This document shows positions 8,168 to 17,975 of a stretch of DNA of 32,000 bases, piece by piece; position 1 is the stretch's first letter, and each line of letters opens with the position of its first letter. Made by a program: the position numbers and the translations under genes. The stretch is from Flavobacteriaceae bacterium (GTDB taxonomy: Bacteria > Bacteroidota > Bacteroidia > Flavobacteriales > Flavobacteriaceae). The stretch lies in NCBI GenBank assembly GCA_965224465.1, contig OZ245049.1, forward strand, positions 1,680,001-1,712,000, read 5' to 3'. The notes beneath the pieces were generated by a model. The model did not search any database, was not told the DNA's origin, and saw only the letters and a program-made list of their open reading frames with translations.

Positions 8168-8875
8168 CTATAAAATACGGTGAAAATGAGGATCTAAATG
8201 ATGTCTCATAGCAATCCTAAAACTTTCTGGAGACCCTGTTTTTAAACTATTCCACAAATCCCTATGGGTGACTACCTTTGAAGGTATGTACTCCGTATCA
8301 TTTTTATCTTGCTCATGAACAAATTCAAAAATAGGCAACAATAAAATCTGAAACCGCTGCAGAGTTACATTTCTGGCAATCTGATACAGTTTTCCATGAA
8401 ATTTAATCTCATGAGACAAGCTGAAAATAGCTCCATCATTTTCTAATTCATCCTCTTCTTTTACTATTTCTTCCAGCTCTACAAGGTCTTTTTCTGTTTT
8501 CCTAGCAAACAAAGCATCTGCCATGCCCATTTCTAACATCATTCTCAATTCAAATAAATTAATCAAGACATCATTTCCTAAGAGTTTCGGATCTAATACA
8601 CGTTCAAAATTATCAATAAAATCAGGTTGAGTTAAAATCATTCCTCGATGCTTTTTAGACTCCACTAAGCCTAATGTTCTTAACCGTAGTAAAGCCTCAC
8701 GCACTACAGTTCTACTCACTCCTAAAGATTCCGCAAATTCCATTTCTTTCGGAATCGCATCTCCAGGTACTAATTCGTTTTCTTTTATAAAATCAACAAG
8801 TCTCAATTCAACTTTGTCAACAAGAGATAAATTTTTTAACGGAGCTATTTTTTTAAATTTTTTTTTTGTAGCCAT
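8168..8875 (-). CDS. GntR-family transcriptional regulator, FadR subfamily (probable sialic acid locus repressor)
   Basis: 235 aa. N-terminal winged HTH (EFAESLGVSRTVVREALLRLRTLGLVESKKHRGMIL) plus an all-helical FCD-type C-terminal domain. It is the only regulator in the locus and the only minus-strand gene. Confidence 0.85.
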   Translation of the reverse strand: MATKKKFKKIAPLKNLSLVDKVELRLVDFIKENELVPGDAIPKEMEFAESLGVSRTVVREALLRLRTLGLVESKKHRGMILTQPDFIDNFERVLDPKLLGNDVLINLFELRMMLEMGMADALFARKTEKDLVELEEIVKEEDELENDGAIFSLSHEIKFHGKLYQIARNVTLQRFQILLLPIFEFVHEQDKNDTEYIPSKVVTHRDLWNSLKTGSPESFRIAMRHHLDPHFHRIL

Positions 8876-8903
8876 TCTAGTTGGTTGGATCTTTTTTAAA
8901 TAA

Positions 8904-8930
8904 CAAACCTATTTGTATAAAACATATAGG
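8904..8930 (-). promoter_or_regulatory. Regulator promoter -7 box (TAGGTTTG, minus strand) overlapping a 23-bp near-palindrome
   Basis: The + strand reads CAAACCTA at 8904-8911. CCTATTTGTATAAAACATATAGG at 8908-8930 has 9 of 11 arm positions complementary and contains TGT-N5-ACA. Confidence 0.4.
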
Positions 8931-9036
8931 TTCATAAAATTAGATAACAAATGTACTTAAATTTGAATATCAAGTCATTATTCACTAAAACTAATTGTTA
9001 TTATCATAATTACCTAATTATATATGAATTATTTAG

Positions 9037-9061
9037 TAAGTTTGTATTATGTAGAACATAT
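9037..9061 (+). promoter_or_regulatory. Epimerase operon promoter -7 box plus palindromic operator
   Basis: TAAGTTTG (9037-9044) is followed by TTATGT-aga-ACATAT (9047-9061). The core TATGTnnnACATA is perfect. Confidence 0.65.
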
Positions 9062-9154
9062 AAAATCATACTACATTTAATTATAAGATAGTATTCACAA
9101 AAACAATAGCCCTTTATATTCATTATAAAGATACTATTTCAAAATCAATACAAA

Positions 9155-10312
9155 ATGAAAAATCACGCAGACTTATATAAAAGCACCTTATTAGAAAATG
9201 TAATTCCTTTTTGGGAACAGCACTCGATAGATTCAGAAAACGGAGGATATTTTACCTGTTTAGACAAAGAAGGAACTGTTTTTGATACTGACAAATTTAT
9301 GTGGCTTCAAGGGAGACAGGCATGGATTTTTTCTATGCTTTACAATAAGGTAGAGAAAAAACAACGATGGTTAGATACTGCAAAAAACGGAATTGATTTT
9401 ATCGTCAATCACGGCATGGACAAAGACGGTAATTTCTATTTTTCCACTACAAAAGAAGGAGCGCCACTGGTACAACCTTATAATATATTTTCTGACTGTT
9501 TTGCCGCCATGGCATTTAGCCAATACGCAGTAGCTACAGGGGATAAAAAGATCAAAGAACTAGCGATACAGACCTATTATAATATTCTAAAGAAAAAAGA
9601 CAACCCAAAAGGAATCTACGAAAAAACAATTAACAACCGTCCTTTAAAAAGTTTTGCTTTACCTATGATTTTATCCAACTTGGTATTGGAATTGGAAGAT
9701 GTTTTACCTGCGGAAGAAGTAGAAAAAACCATTGCTTTTAGTGTCAAAGAAATTATGGAAGTATTCTTAGATAAAGCATCTGGATTAATCTACGAGTTTG
9801 TAAAACCCGACGGGAGTTTAGAAGATAGTTTTAACGGACGTTTACTAAATCCAGGGCATGGAATTGAAGCCATGTGGTTTATGATGGACATTGCCACACG
9901 TACAAATAACACCGCATTGATTCAAAAAGCAACAGATACCATTATCACCATTTTAGAGTACAGTTGGGACAGTAAACACGGTGGAATATTCTACTTTTTA
10001 GACGCCAAAGGAAACCCTCCTCAACAATTGGAATGGGATCAAAAGTTATGGTGGGTTCATTTAGAATCACTTGTTGGATTAGCAAAAGCTTACGAGCACA
10101 CACAAAGAGAAGATGTAAAAGAATGGTACAACAAGGTTCATGATTATACTTGGAAACATTTTTCGGATAAAGAAGCAGGCGAATGGTTTGGTTATTTAAA
10201 CCGTCAAGGAGAAGTACTATTAAATTTAAAAGGAGGTAAATGGAAAGGATGTTTCCATGTACCAAGAGCTATGTTCCAATGTTGGAAATCGTTTGAAAAT
10301 ATTAAGAAATGA
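9155..10312 (+). CDS. N-acylglucosamine 2-epimerase (AGE/renin-binding-protein family; ManNAc to GlcNAc)
   Basis: 385 aa with an alpha/alpha-barrel AGE-like sequence. The same role is played in the Bacteroides/Tannerella nan clusters, which use AGE rather than NanK/NanE. Confidence 0.8.
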   Translation: MKNHADLYKSTLLENVIPFWEQHSIDSENGGYFTCLDKEGTVFDTDKFMWLQGRQAWIFSMLYNKVEKKQRWLDTAKNGIDFIVNHGMDKDGNFYFSTTKEGAPLVQPYNIFSDCFAAMAFSQYAVATGDKKIKELAIQTYYNILKKKDNPKGIYEKTINNRPLKSFALPMILSNLVLELEDVLPAEEVEKTIAFSVKEIMEVFLDKASGLIYEFVKPDGSLEDSFNGRLLNPGHGIEAMWFMMDIATRTNNTALIQKATDTIITILEYSWDSKHGGIFYFLDAKGNPPQQLEWDQKLWWVHLESLVGLAKAYEHTQREDVKEWYNKVHDYTWKHFSDKEAGEWFGYLNRQGEVLLNLKGGKWKGCFHVPRAMFQCWKSFENIKK

Positions 10313-10989
10313 ACGATCAAACATACAAGATAGTTTGTTTTGGTGATTCTACTACTGCTGAAAATCCCTCTTCTTCGAAAAGGGAACAGCAAGAAAACTA
10401 TATACAACTTAAGGTTTACAGTACTTGGCTACAAGAAAAACTACCGAGTATCCTAAACAAAAATGTCTTAGTGATCAATTCTGGAATTTCGGGAGACACT
10501 ACAACGGATGCTAAAAAAAGGTTTCAAACTGATGTTTTAGACCACAATCCTGCGATTGTTTTTATTCAGTTTGGAGCCAATGATCAAAGCATAAGACACG
10601 ATTTAGGTAAAAGCACTCCGAGTGTATCTCTAGAAGTTTTTAATGATAATTTACGGTATTTTATCACTGAATTAAAAGAAACAAATACCAAAATAATATT
10701 AATGACCCCCGGAATGATGTTATGGACAGATGCTTTGACAAGATCCTACTTCAAGCATCCTTATGACATCCAAGATCCATTAGGATTGAATGCAAATATA
10801 AAAAAGTACGTACAAGCTATTTGTAAACTAGCATTGATGGAAGGTGTTGCACTCATCAATATTTTTAACAAACAAATAGTCCATAGCCGTACTCATAATA
10901 TGTTTGATTTATTGCCTGATGGGATTCACCCAAATAACAAAGGGCATCAATTTATAGCTGATATTATCCTCGGTCATTTAAAAATGTAA
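10309..10989 (+). CDS. SGNH/GDSL hydrolase without signal peptide (candidate cytoplasmic sialate O-acetylesterase)
   Basis: 226 aa. Block I is FGDSTT, block III GANDQ, block V DGIHPN. The start overlaps the epimerase stop (ATGA), implying translational coupling. Confidence 0.75.
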   Translation: MNDQTYKIVCFGDSTTAENPSSSKREQQENYIQLKVYSTWLQEKLPSILNKNVLVINSGISGDTTTDAKKRFQTDVLDHNPAIVFIQFGANDQSIRHDLGKSTPSVSLEVFNDNLRYFITELKETNTKIILMTPGMMLWTDALTRSYFKHPYDIQDPLGLNANIKKYVQAICKLALMEGVALINIFNKQIVHSRTHNMFDLLPDGIHPNNKGHQFIADIILGHLKM

Positions 10990-10996
10990 AAACCTC

Positions 10997-11041
10997 AACT
11001 TCGTTCTCATAGACATCTTCTTTTGAACGAAGTTTTTTTTT
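10997..11041 (+). terminator. Intrinsic terminator after the epimerase-esterase operon
   Basis: AACTTCGTTC pairs with GAACGAAGTT, followed by a T-tract of 10. Confidence 0.7.
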
Positions 11042-11218
11042 GATACAAAATTATACTTTTCAGACATGTATCTAATCAGGCACTTCACCCATTGGATACG
11101 GGCAAATCCAGCAACACAAAAAAAAGACATAAATGATCGCACTAACTATCATTTAGAAATACATTTAGCAGCATTGTCATTACTTAAGCAAATAGCTCTC
11201 AGAGCTTATGGCAAGACT

Positions 11219-11263
11219 AAATTCCATTTATAAACAGTCACTTATAAATTTAATTGGTGCTAT
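11219..11263 (+). repeat. Degenerate right-end fragment of the MITE-like element (copy E)
   Basis: AAATTCCATTTATAAACAGTCACTTATAAATTTAATTGGTGCTAT matches the right arm of copy D at roughly 31 of 41 aligned positions. The upstream part is too diverged to delimit. Confidence 0.4.
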
Positions 11264-11581
11264 TATGAATAGGATTTTTACTAAAGGTTAAAAAGGAACA
11301 AAATCAAGTTCCCAACCCATCTCTCATCATTACATGTCGACATAATACAATTCTATTTTTCAAACAAAAAAAAGGACAGCATCAATCAAACGCTTAAAAT
11401 AGAATTGTAATTTATAAATTAAATTTAACGTTTTTTTACGATAACGAAATAGTTTATTTGATTTTTAAAAAACCTCAACATTCTCTTTGTTTACAAGGGA
11501 ATAACGGAAAACAAATCAAAAATAAATGTATTATTGACATTAAAAAATTAACATTTCTTTAGGTCAGGTTGTTTTTTTATA

Positions 11582-11606
11582 TAACTTTGGGATATGTTAT
11601 ACATAA
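11582..11606 (+). promoter_or_regulatory. susC/susD promoter -7 box plus palindromic operator
   Basis: TAACTTTG (11582-11589) is followed by ATATGT-tat-ACATAA (11592-11606), 13 nt upstream of the ATG at 11620. Confidence 0.7.
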
Positions 11607-11619
11607 AACAATCAAACAT

Positions 11620-14600
11620 ATGAAACAAAAATTCAAATTAATCAAACAAATTTGCCTTGTTTTCACCATGCTCTTATGCGTTAATGCATTTGCACAAAGT
11701 GGAACAACAGCAGGAACAGTTACGGGAAGCGACGGCACTCCTCTACCTGGCACAAGTGTATTAGTAAAAGGATCCTCAAATGGAACTCAAACCGATTTTG
11801 ACGGAAACTATACACTATCTACCAAAATGGGAGATATCTTAGTATTTAGCTATATAGGTTTTGATACTAAAACCATTAAAGTAGCAAACTTTAATAAACT
11901 AAATATAGTATTAGCAGAAGATGCTAATGTTTTAAACGAAGTAGTGATTACAGGGTACGGATCCCAAAAACGTAATACCCTAGCTACCTCTGTAGGAAAA
12001 GTAGACAATCAGGTTTTAGAAAGCGCTACTACAAGTAATATTGGTACAGCATTACAGGGAACTGTAGCTGGTGTACAAGTAACACAAAACACAGGACAAC
12101 CTGGTTCAACTCCAACAATCGTAATTCGTGGAGGAACAGCATTTAACGGTAGTGGTGGTCCGCTAGTATTGATAGATGGAGTTCCTGGATCATTTTACGC
12201 ATTAAACAGTGACGATATTGCTTCTATGGAAGTTTTAAAAGATGCAGCATCCACAGCGATTTATGGAGCTAGAGGAGCAAACGGAGTTGTTTTAATTAAA
12301 ACAAAACAAGGAAAAGTAGGGAAATCAAACATTTCTTTCACTACAAGATACAGTATAAATAACGAGAGAGCTACACCTGAATATGTAGGTGCTGCCGACT
12401 TTATCAAATACAACAGACAAGGAATTTTAAATTACCAACAAGTAACTGGTAAAACCAAAGTTTTCGGAAGTTTTATCAGCGGAGCAACTGCCTTTGGTAC
12501 TGGAAACAACAGGACCAACTCAGCATTTACTACACAGTACTTAACTGCTGACAACAAGTATTTACTAGATCATGGGTGGGGATCCGTTCAAGATCCAATT
12601 GACCCTTCAAAAACAATTATATTCCAAGAAAATGATGTAAGCAATTTGATTTACCAAAAAGCAACTACCAAAGATCATTATTTAGCCTTTGACGGAGGAA
12701 ACGAAAAAGGAACCTATTATTTAGGCTTAGGATTGTTAGACAGTGATGGTTTGGCTTTAGGATCTGGATTTAAACGTTATTCAGGTAAATTTACTGCGAC
12801 CTATAACATCCTTGACAACTTAAAAGTTACATCTAATGTAACCTATGTACATTCAAGTCAATTAGGGAGCCCCTTAGGTAGTGACAATACCGTGTTCCAA
12901 CGTTTTTCAGGACAGGCATTAACTTCAAGAACTTACAATCACAACCCTGATGGTACTTTGAGTAATGAGTTGAATCCAGGTACGATTCATCACTTTGGAA
13001 ACCCTCTTTATTATATAGATAAAATTAATCAACGTAAGGAATTACAGCAACGTCTAACCACTTCTGTACGTTTAGATTGGGAAATAATGGATCATTTAAA
13101 GTTTACCACAACAGCCAGTCACCAAGCTAGTAATAATCACAAAGAAAAATTTAATAAAGCATTTCTTTCTGGAGGATCTTTAATAACATCAAGAAACGCA
13201 TCCGCTTCCTTGGTAAGAATCCAAGAGAATCAAGTAAATGGTATCTTTAACTATAACAATACTTTTTCTGACAATCACAATCTGGAAGTAATGTTAGGAG
13301 CTGAATACTTTAAGAAGAATTTATATAAACTTGTTGCTGGCACTAAAGATTCACCTACAGATTTAGTCCCTACTATGAACGTAGGATCTCCAGAAGGAGC
13401 ATACGGGTATTCATTTGAAACCGAATACGCCCTAATCTCTCAATTTGGTATTTTAAACTATAATTTTGACCAACGCTATTTACTCGGCTTAAGCATCCGT
13501 CGTGATGGTTCTTCTTTATTAGGAAATGATAAATATGGAATTTTCCCAGGCGCATCTGCAGGATGGAATCTTCATAACGAGAACTTTTTTAGTGAGTCTA
13601 AAGTAGCAGAATACTTAAACAGCATTAAACCTAGAATTAGTTATGGAGTAAACGGTAATGTGAAGTCTCTAAGGGATGATCCAAATAAAACTTGGGACAA
13701 CTACAATGTTTACGGAGCCTATTCTATTCAAGGAACCTATAACGGACAAAAAGGATATGCAAATAGTAGAATACCTGTACTAGACTTACAATGGGAACGT
13801 TCTACTACTTTAAACTTTGGACTGGATTTAGGTTTGTTCGATAATAGAGTGACTATTATCAGTGATTATTTTGTTCGTAATGTATATGACAAAATTGCCA
13901 ACTTAACTTTACCATATTACACAGGTTTTTCAAGTATAAAAACCAACAATGGTACCTTACAAAACAAAGGTTTTGAATTTCAATTAAATACAGAAGCGAT
14001 CAGATCTGATAATTTATCATGGAATCTAGGAGTTACCTTGTACAGCGTAAAAAATTATGTAATAGACCTTCCTACCAATGACAATGATAATAATAGACAA
14101 GGAGGAACTGAAATTTACGACCCTACAACTGGAGGCACACAATGGGTTGGAGGATACCAAGAAGGAAGACGTGCAGGAAACGACATCGTAGTAGCTTTCG
14201 TTCAAGATTATATCTACAAAGATCAAGCAGCAGTAGATGCACATGCAGGAAGAGTAGATGGTATTGCAACAAATCATAACACACGTTTCCCTGGGGATGT
14301 AGCATGGCTAGACTTAAATGGAGATAATATAATTAATAATTTTGACCGTAAAGTAATCGGGCGTACAACACCTGATTTTGTAGGTGGATTTACTTCAAAT
14401 TTAAGATACAAAGACTTTGGGCTATTTATCAAAACTGATTTTGCTACTGGACATCTAATCCGAAACAATATGCGTGAAAAAGGATTGGCACAAACACAAG
14501 GAAACCTAAATGCTTTTGTAGAGTTATTAGATTCGTGGACTCCTGAACACAGAGACACAAACGTCCCTCGCATGACCTTTGTAGATCCACAAAAAAACTT

Positions 14601-14844
14601 TAGCAGAGGTAGCAATACTATGTGGGAAAAAGGAGATTATTTAGCCTTAAGAGAAGTTACCTTAAGCTACAATTTACCAAAAGGAACGGTTAAAAGTATA
14701 AATGGACTAAGACTCTACCTTACAGGAAGTAACCTTGCATATTTCACGAAATACAGTGGAGACACTCCAGAAAAAGGAGGGTTCCAAGGAGGAAGATTCC
14801 CTACACCAATAACCTATACTATAGGACTTAACATAACATTATAA
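11620..14844 (+). CDS. SusC/RagA-family TonB-dependent outer-membrane transporter (NanO-like)
   Basis: Signal peptide MKQKFKLIKQICLVFTMLLCVNAFAQ, a carboxypeptidase-regulatory-like domain (GTVTGSDGTPLPGTSVLVKG), a plug and a large beta-barrel. The start is moved from the track's TTG at 11569 to the ATG at 11620 because the promoter and operator lie inside the extension. Confidence 0.9.
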   Translation: MKQKFKLIKQICLVFTMLLCVNAFAQSGTTAGTVTGSDGTPLPGTSVLVKGSSNGTQTDFDGNYTLSTKMGDILVFSYIGFDTKTIKVANFNKLNIVLAEDANVLNEVVITGYGSQKRNTLATSVGKVDNQVLESATTSNIGTALQGTVAGVQVTQNTGQPGSTPTIVIRGGTAFNGSGGPLVLIDGVPGSFYALNSDDIASMEVLKDAASTAIYGARGANGVVLIKTKQGKVGKSNISFTTRYSINNERATPEYVGAADFIKYNRQGILNYQQVTGKTKVFGSFISGATAFGTGNNRTNSAFTTQYLTADNKYLLDHGWGSVQDPIDPSKTIIFQENDVSNLIYQKATTKDHYLAFDGGNEKGTYYLGLGLLDSDGLALGSGFKRYSGKFTATYNILDNLKVTSNVTYVHSSQLGSPLGSDNTVFQRFSGQALTSRTYNHNPDGTLSNELNPGTIHHFGNPLYYIDKINQRKELQQRLTTSVRLDWEIMDHLKFTTTASHQASNNHKEKFNKAFLSGGSLITSRNASASLVRIQENQVNGIFNYNNTFSDNHNLEVMLGAEYFKKNLYKLVAGTKDSPTDLVPTMNVGSPEGAYGYSFETEYALISQFGILNYNFDQRYLLGLSIRRDGSSLLGNDKYGIFPGASAGWNLHNENFFSESKVAEYLNSIKPRISYGVNGNVKSLRDDPNKTWDNYNVYGAYSIQGTYNGQKGYANSRIPVLDLQWERSTTLNFGLDLGLFDNRVTIISDYFVRNVYDKIANLTLPYYTGFSSIKTNNGTLQNKGFEFQLNTEAIRSDNLSWNLGVTLYSVKNYVIDLPTNDNDNNRQGGTEIYDPTTGGTQWVGGYQEGRRAGNDIVVAFVQDYIYKDQAAVDAHAGRVDGIATNHNTRFPGDVAWLDLNGDNIINNFDRKVIGRTTPDFVGGFTSNLRYKDFGLFIKTDFATGHLIRNNMREKGLAQTQGNLNAFVELLDSWTPEHRDTNVPRMTFVDPQKNFSRGSNTMWEKGDYLALREVTLSYNLPKGTVKSINGLRLYLTGSNLAYFTKYSGDTPEKGGFQGGRFPTPITYTIGLNITL

Positions 14845-14857
14845 CAACATATACATT

Positions 14858-16351
14858 ATGAAAAAATATTCAATATTAATCGCATTGCTGGCTATATTCA
14901 GCTTTAGTGCTTGTGACGATACCATTGACTTAGTTCCTAGGAGTGAACTTACCTTCAATGGATTCTGGGACACCGAAGATGGAGCAAGAGCTGCCCATAC
15001 AGGAATTTACGCGAACTTTAGATCTCAAGCCTATAATTTTTGGGCATTTGGAGAGCTAAGAAGTGACCTTTGGGGAGGAAACACTATAGAGTCAGCCTGG
15101 AACATACCATTTATAGAAAACGATTTTACAGCAACAACAGCACCATTTCGGAATTGGGCAGGATTTTACACCAATATACATAGGTTGAATGATTTTATAA
15201 AAAACGTGCCTAACATCACCTTTTCAAACGAAGCAGAAAAAGAGCATTTATTAGGTCAAGCTCATGCTATTAGAGCCTATTACTACTATCAACTGGCAAG
15301 AACTTATGGAGATGTACCTATCATTCTAGTACCAATGACTGATTTTAACCCTGAAGGATTAAGTGTGATAAGAAATCCGGTAACTGAAGTTTTAGATGTT
15401 GTTAAAAAAGATATCGAAACTTCATTGACCTATTTTGGAAGTGACAATTCATTCTTCAAAGGTAAAAACACTTACTGGAACAAAAACGCATCACTTGCAT
15501 TAAAAGGAGATGTATACCTTTGGACTGGTAAATTGTACGGTGGTGGTAATGCAGACTATACAATTGCTAAAACATCTTTAGAAGCCATACAGGATGTTTC
15601 TTTAGAAACTACATTTAGTAACGTTTTTACGAATGACACAAACAGTGAATTTATATTTGCTTTTAACTACGATGAGAAGGAAGGTGCTAATATTTTTAAT
15701 TCATTCACAGCAAGAGGTGTAGATATACACGCTTTGTATAATGACAAAGGAGATAGTATGATAAAAAAAGTATTCAATGGAGCAAGTAGATACGGACCAA
15801 CTAAAAAAACACTCCTAGCAACTGACGATGTCCTAGACAGCCGTAGAGCAGCAACTTTTATGAGATTATATAAAGACAGTAATACAAATAATGGATACCC
15901 TACGTATGACGATAATAAGTATACTGTATCATTATTAAATAAATTTATAGGTACTGTAAAATCTGGCGGAGTTAGAGTAATGGATAATAATGTTCCTGTG
16001 TATCGATATGCAGATGTTGTCTTAATGATTGCAGAAGCTAAAAACAATTTAGGAGAAGACCCTTCTTCAGAAATCAACCAAATTAGAGCAAGAGCTTATG
16101 GCGCTAATTATGACGAATCTATTCATAAATACAGCAATGCCTCTCAGACAGAAAACACAAATGCAATTTTAAACGAACGTTTAAAAGAATTTGTCGGAGA
16201 AGGAAAAAGATGGTACGATTTACGAAGAGCGGGAGATCAATTCCTAATGAATGAAGTTAAATTTATTACTGAAAGTTATATGGTGTTTTTACCTATCACT
16301 TCAAACATGATCGGAAGAAACCCTCTGTTAGAACAAACAGCTGGGTATTAA
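14858..16351 (+). CDS. SusD/RagB-family outer-membrane lipoprotein (NanU-like sialic acid binding candidate)
   Basis: 497 aa with a lipobox (FSFSAC). It lies immediately downstream of SusC and has a TPR-like SusD architecture with a C-terminal RWYDLRR-type block. Confidence 0.88.
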   Translation: MKKYSILIALLAIFSFSACDDTIDLVPRSELTFNGFWDTEDGARAAHTGIYANFRSQAYNFWAFGELRSDLWGGNTIESAWNIPFIENDFTATTAPFRNWAGFYTNIHRLNDFIKNVPNITFSNEAEKEHLLGQAHAIRAYYYYQLARTYGDVPIILVPMTDFNPEGLSVIRNPVTEVLDVVKKDIETSLTYFGSDNSFFKGKNTYWNKNASLALKGDVYLWTGKLYGGGNADYTIAKTSLEAIQDVSLETTFSNVFTNDTNSEFIFAFNYDEKEGANIFNSFTARGVDIHALYNDKGDSMIKKVFNGASRYGPTKKTLLATDDVLDSRRAATFMRLYKDSNTNNGYPTYDDNKYTVSLLNKFIGTVKSGGVRVMDNNVPVYRYADVVLMIAEAKNNLGEDPSSEINQIRARAYGANYDESIHKYSNASQTENTNAILNERLKEFVGEGKRWYDLRRAGDQFLMNEVKFITESYMVFLPITSNMIGRNPLLEQTAGY

Positions 16352-16376
16352 ATACAATTGTTTGAGTTCAATTTTA

Positions 16377-16413
16377 AAGGGAGTTTTGCTAACGCAAAGC
16401 TCCCTTTTTTTTA
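16377..16413 (+). terminator. Intrinsic terminator after susD
   Basis: AAGGGAGTTTTGC-taac-GCAAAGCTCCCTT followed by TTTTTTT. Confidence 0.75.
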
Positions 16414-16999
16414 TGAATCACTTCTCTTAAATAGCTAGCCCACATCCACCTGATAACACCTAGCCATTACATTTATCTTTATAAAAAACAAGAGAAGAAC
16501 TGTGAGCATCCTTCTTGTACATCAAATGAATCCTCAACTACCTATTTACAAGCAGACTTCTTTTATATTTTAAATCAACAACCTTATTACGAAGGCACGA
16601 GATATACTTACATAAAACTATTTTCTATTTTGAGATAGAGCATCGCAGAACCAAACAAAAAACAGACGGATAGCCAGCGATATACGAAGATCGAATCAAT
16701 ACTTCTTTAAATACTACATATTTAGCCCCTAATTTTAGCCAACAAAAGATATAGTTGTAAGGAATATCAACTTAAAAAAACGAAAAAGATAGGTTGTCCA
16801 AAAGGACAAACATTACACAACGATTAATGTAACTTTGTTGACAGAAACGTATAAAAAAGAACCTAAAACACAGCCGTGCTTATACTTAAAATACATTGCT
16901 CCACCCCTCCCTATAAAACACCTTTAAATAATAGATATAAAGACACCCTTTGCTAGGAACCCTGCTGTATTTTAATTAGGTTTACTGTGAGAAAAACTG

Positions 17000-17025
17000 T
17001 AATTTTGACAATATGTTATACATAA
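17000..17025 (+). promoter_or_regulatory. Creatininase-sialidase operon promoter -7 box plus palindromic operator
   Basis: TAATTTTG (17000-17007) is followed by ATATGT-tat-ACATAA (17011-17025). Confidence 0.65.
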
Positions 17026-17134
17026 TAACTTGAAAAATAATAACGCAATCCATCACTATATTTTAGCACAAAAACGCGTTAAAAATGGAATTGCCTTCTT
17101 ATCAATACCTCTCTAAAAAACAACAAATTAGTCC

Positions 17135-17908
17135 ATGGAAAACACCACAAGACCTTACGTTTTACAAGAAACAAATTGGAAATCTGTAAAAACTAAAAAC
17201 TACGAAGTAGCCATTTTACCATGGGGAGCTACAGAAGCTCATAATTACCACTTACCCTACGGCACCGATACGATCCAAGCAGAACATGTAGCCATAGAAG
17301 CCGCAAAAATAGCATGGGAAAAAGGAGCAAAACCTATAGTACTCCCAAGCATAGCCTATGGTGTAAATACAGGACAGATGAATGTTTCCTTGTGCATGAA
17401 CATGAACCCAAGCACACAACATGCTATTATCAGGGACATCGTACAGGTACTAGACCATCAAAACATACATAAATTAGTAATCGTAAATGCCCATGGAGGC
17501 AATAATTTCAAACAAATTATCAGAGAACTAAGCTTGGAATACCCAGCTGTTTTTATCTGTGCACTCAACTGGTGGCAAATCACTGACAGTTCCAACTATT
17601 TTGACGAACCAGGAGATCATGCAGGAGAATTAGAAACTGCAGTAATGATGCATTTAACACCAGAACTAGTACTTCCATTAAAAGAAGCAGGAGACGCAAA
17701 ATCAAAATCATTCAAAATAAAAGGATTGAAACAAGGATGGGTATCTGCACAGCGAGAATGGACAAAAATATCGGAAGATACAGGTGTTGGGAATCCTAAA
17801 ATGGCCACAAAGGAAAAAGGAAAAATATTTTTAGACATAGTGATTGCAATGATTGGTTCGTTTTTTGAAGAACTACATCATGCTGATTTGGATGACATGT
17901 ATGAATAA
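17135..17908 (+). CDS. Creatininase/formamide-hydrolase-family metal-dependent amidohydrolase, cytoplasmic
   Basis: 257 aa. Family metal-ligand blocks are present: GATEAHNYHLPYGTD, VNAHGGN and GDHAGELETAVMM. There is no signal peptide, and an in-frame stop lies two codons upstream of the ATG. Confidence 0.8.
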   Translation: MENTTRPYVLQETNWKSVKTKNYEVAILPWGATEAHNYHLPYGTDTIQAEHVAIEAAKIAWEKGAKPIVLPSIAYGVNTGQMNVSLCMNMNPSTQHAIIRDIVQVLDHQNIHKLVIVNAHGGNNFKQIIRELSLEYPAVFICALNWWQITDSSNYFDEPGDHAGELETAVMMHLTPELVLPLKEAGDAKSKSFKIKGLKQGWVSAQREWTKISEDTGVGNPKMATKEKGKIFLDIVIAMIGSFFEELHHADLDDMYE

Positions 17909-17975
17909 TATTGATTGTTAATTAATCACGGCTAGTAAACACCCATAGAGAGAACAAACAACTAAATACAACATA

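Noticed and set aside
13373-14615. Minus-strand ORFs 13373-13555, 14026-14277, 14123-14305 and 14274-14615 inside susC
   Set aside because: They are embedded antisense ORFs with low-complexity, Cys/Leu-rich translations, whereas the SusC frame is continuous and motif-rich.
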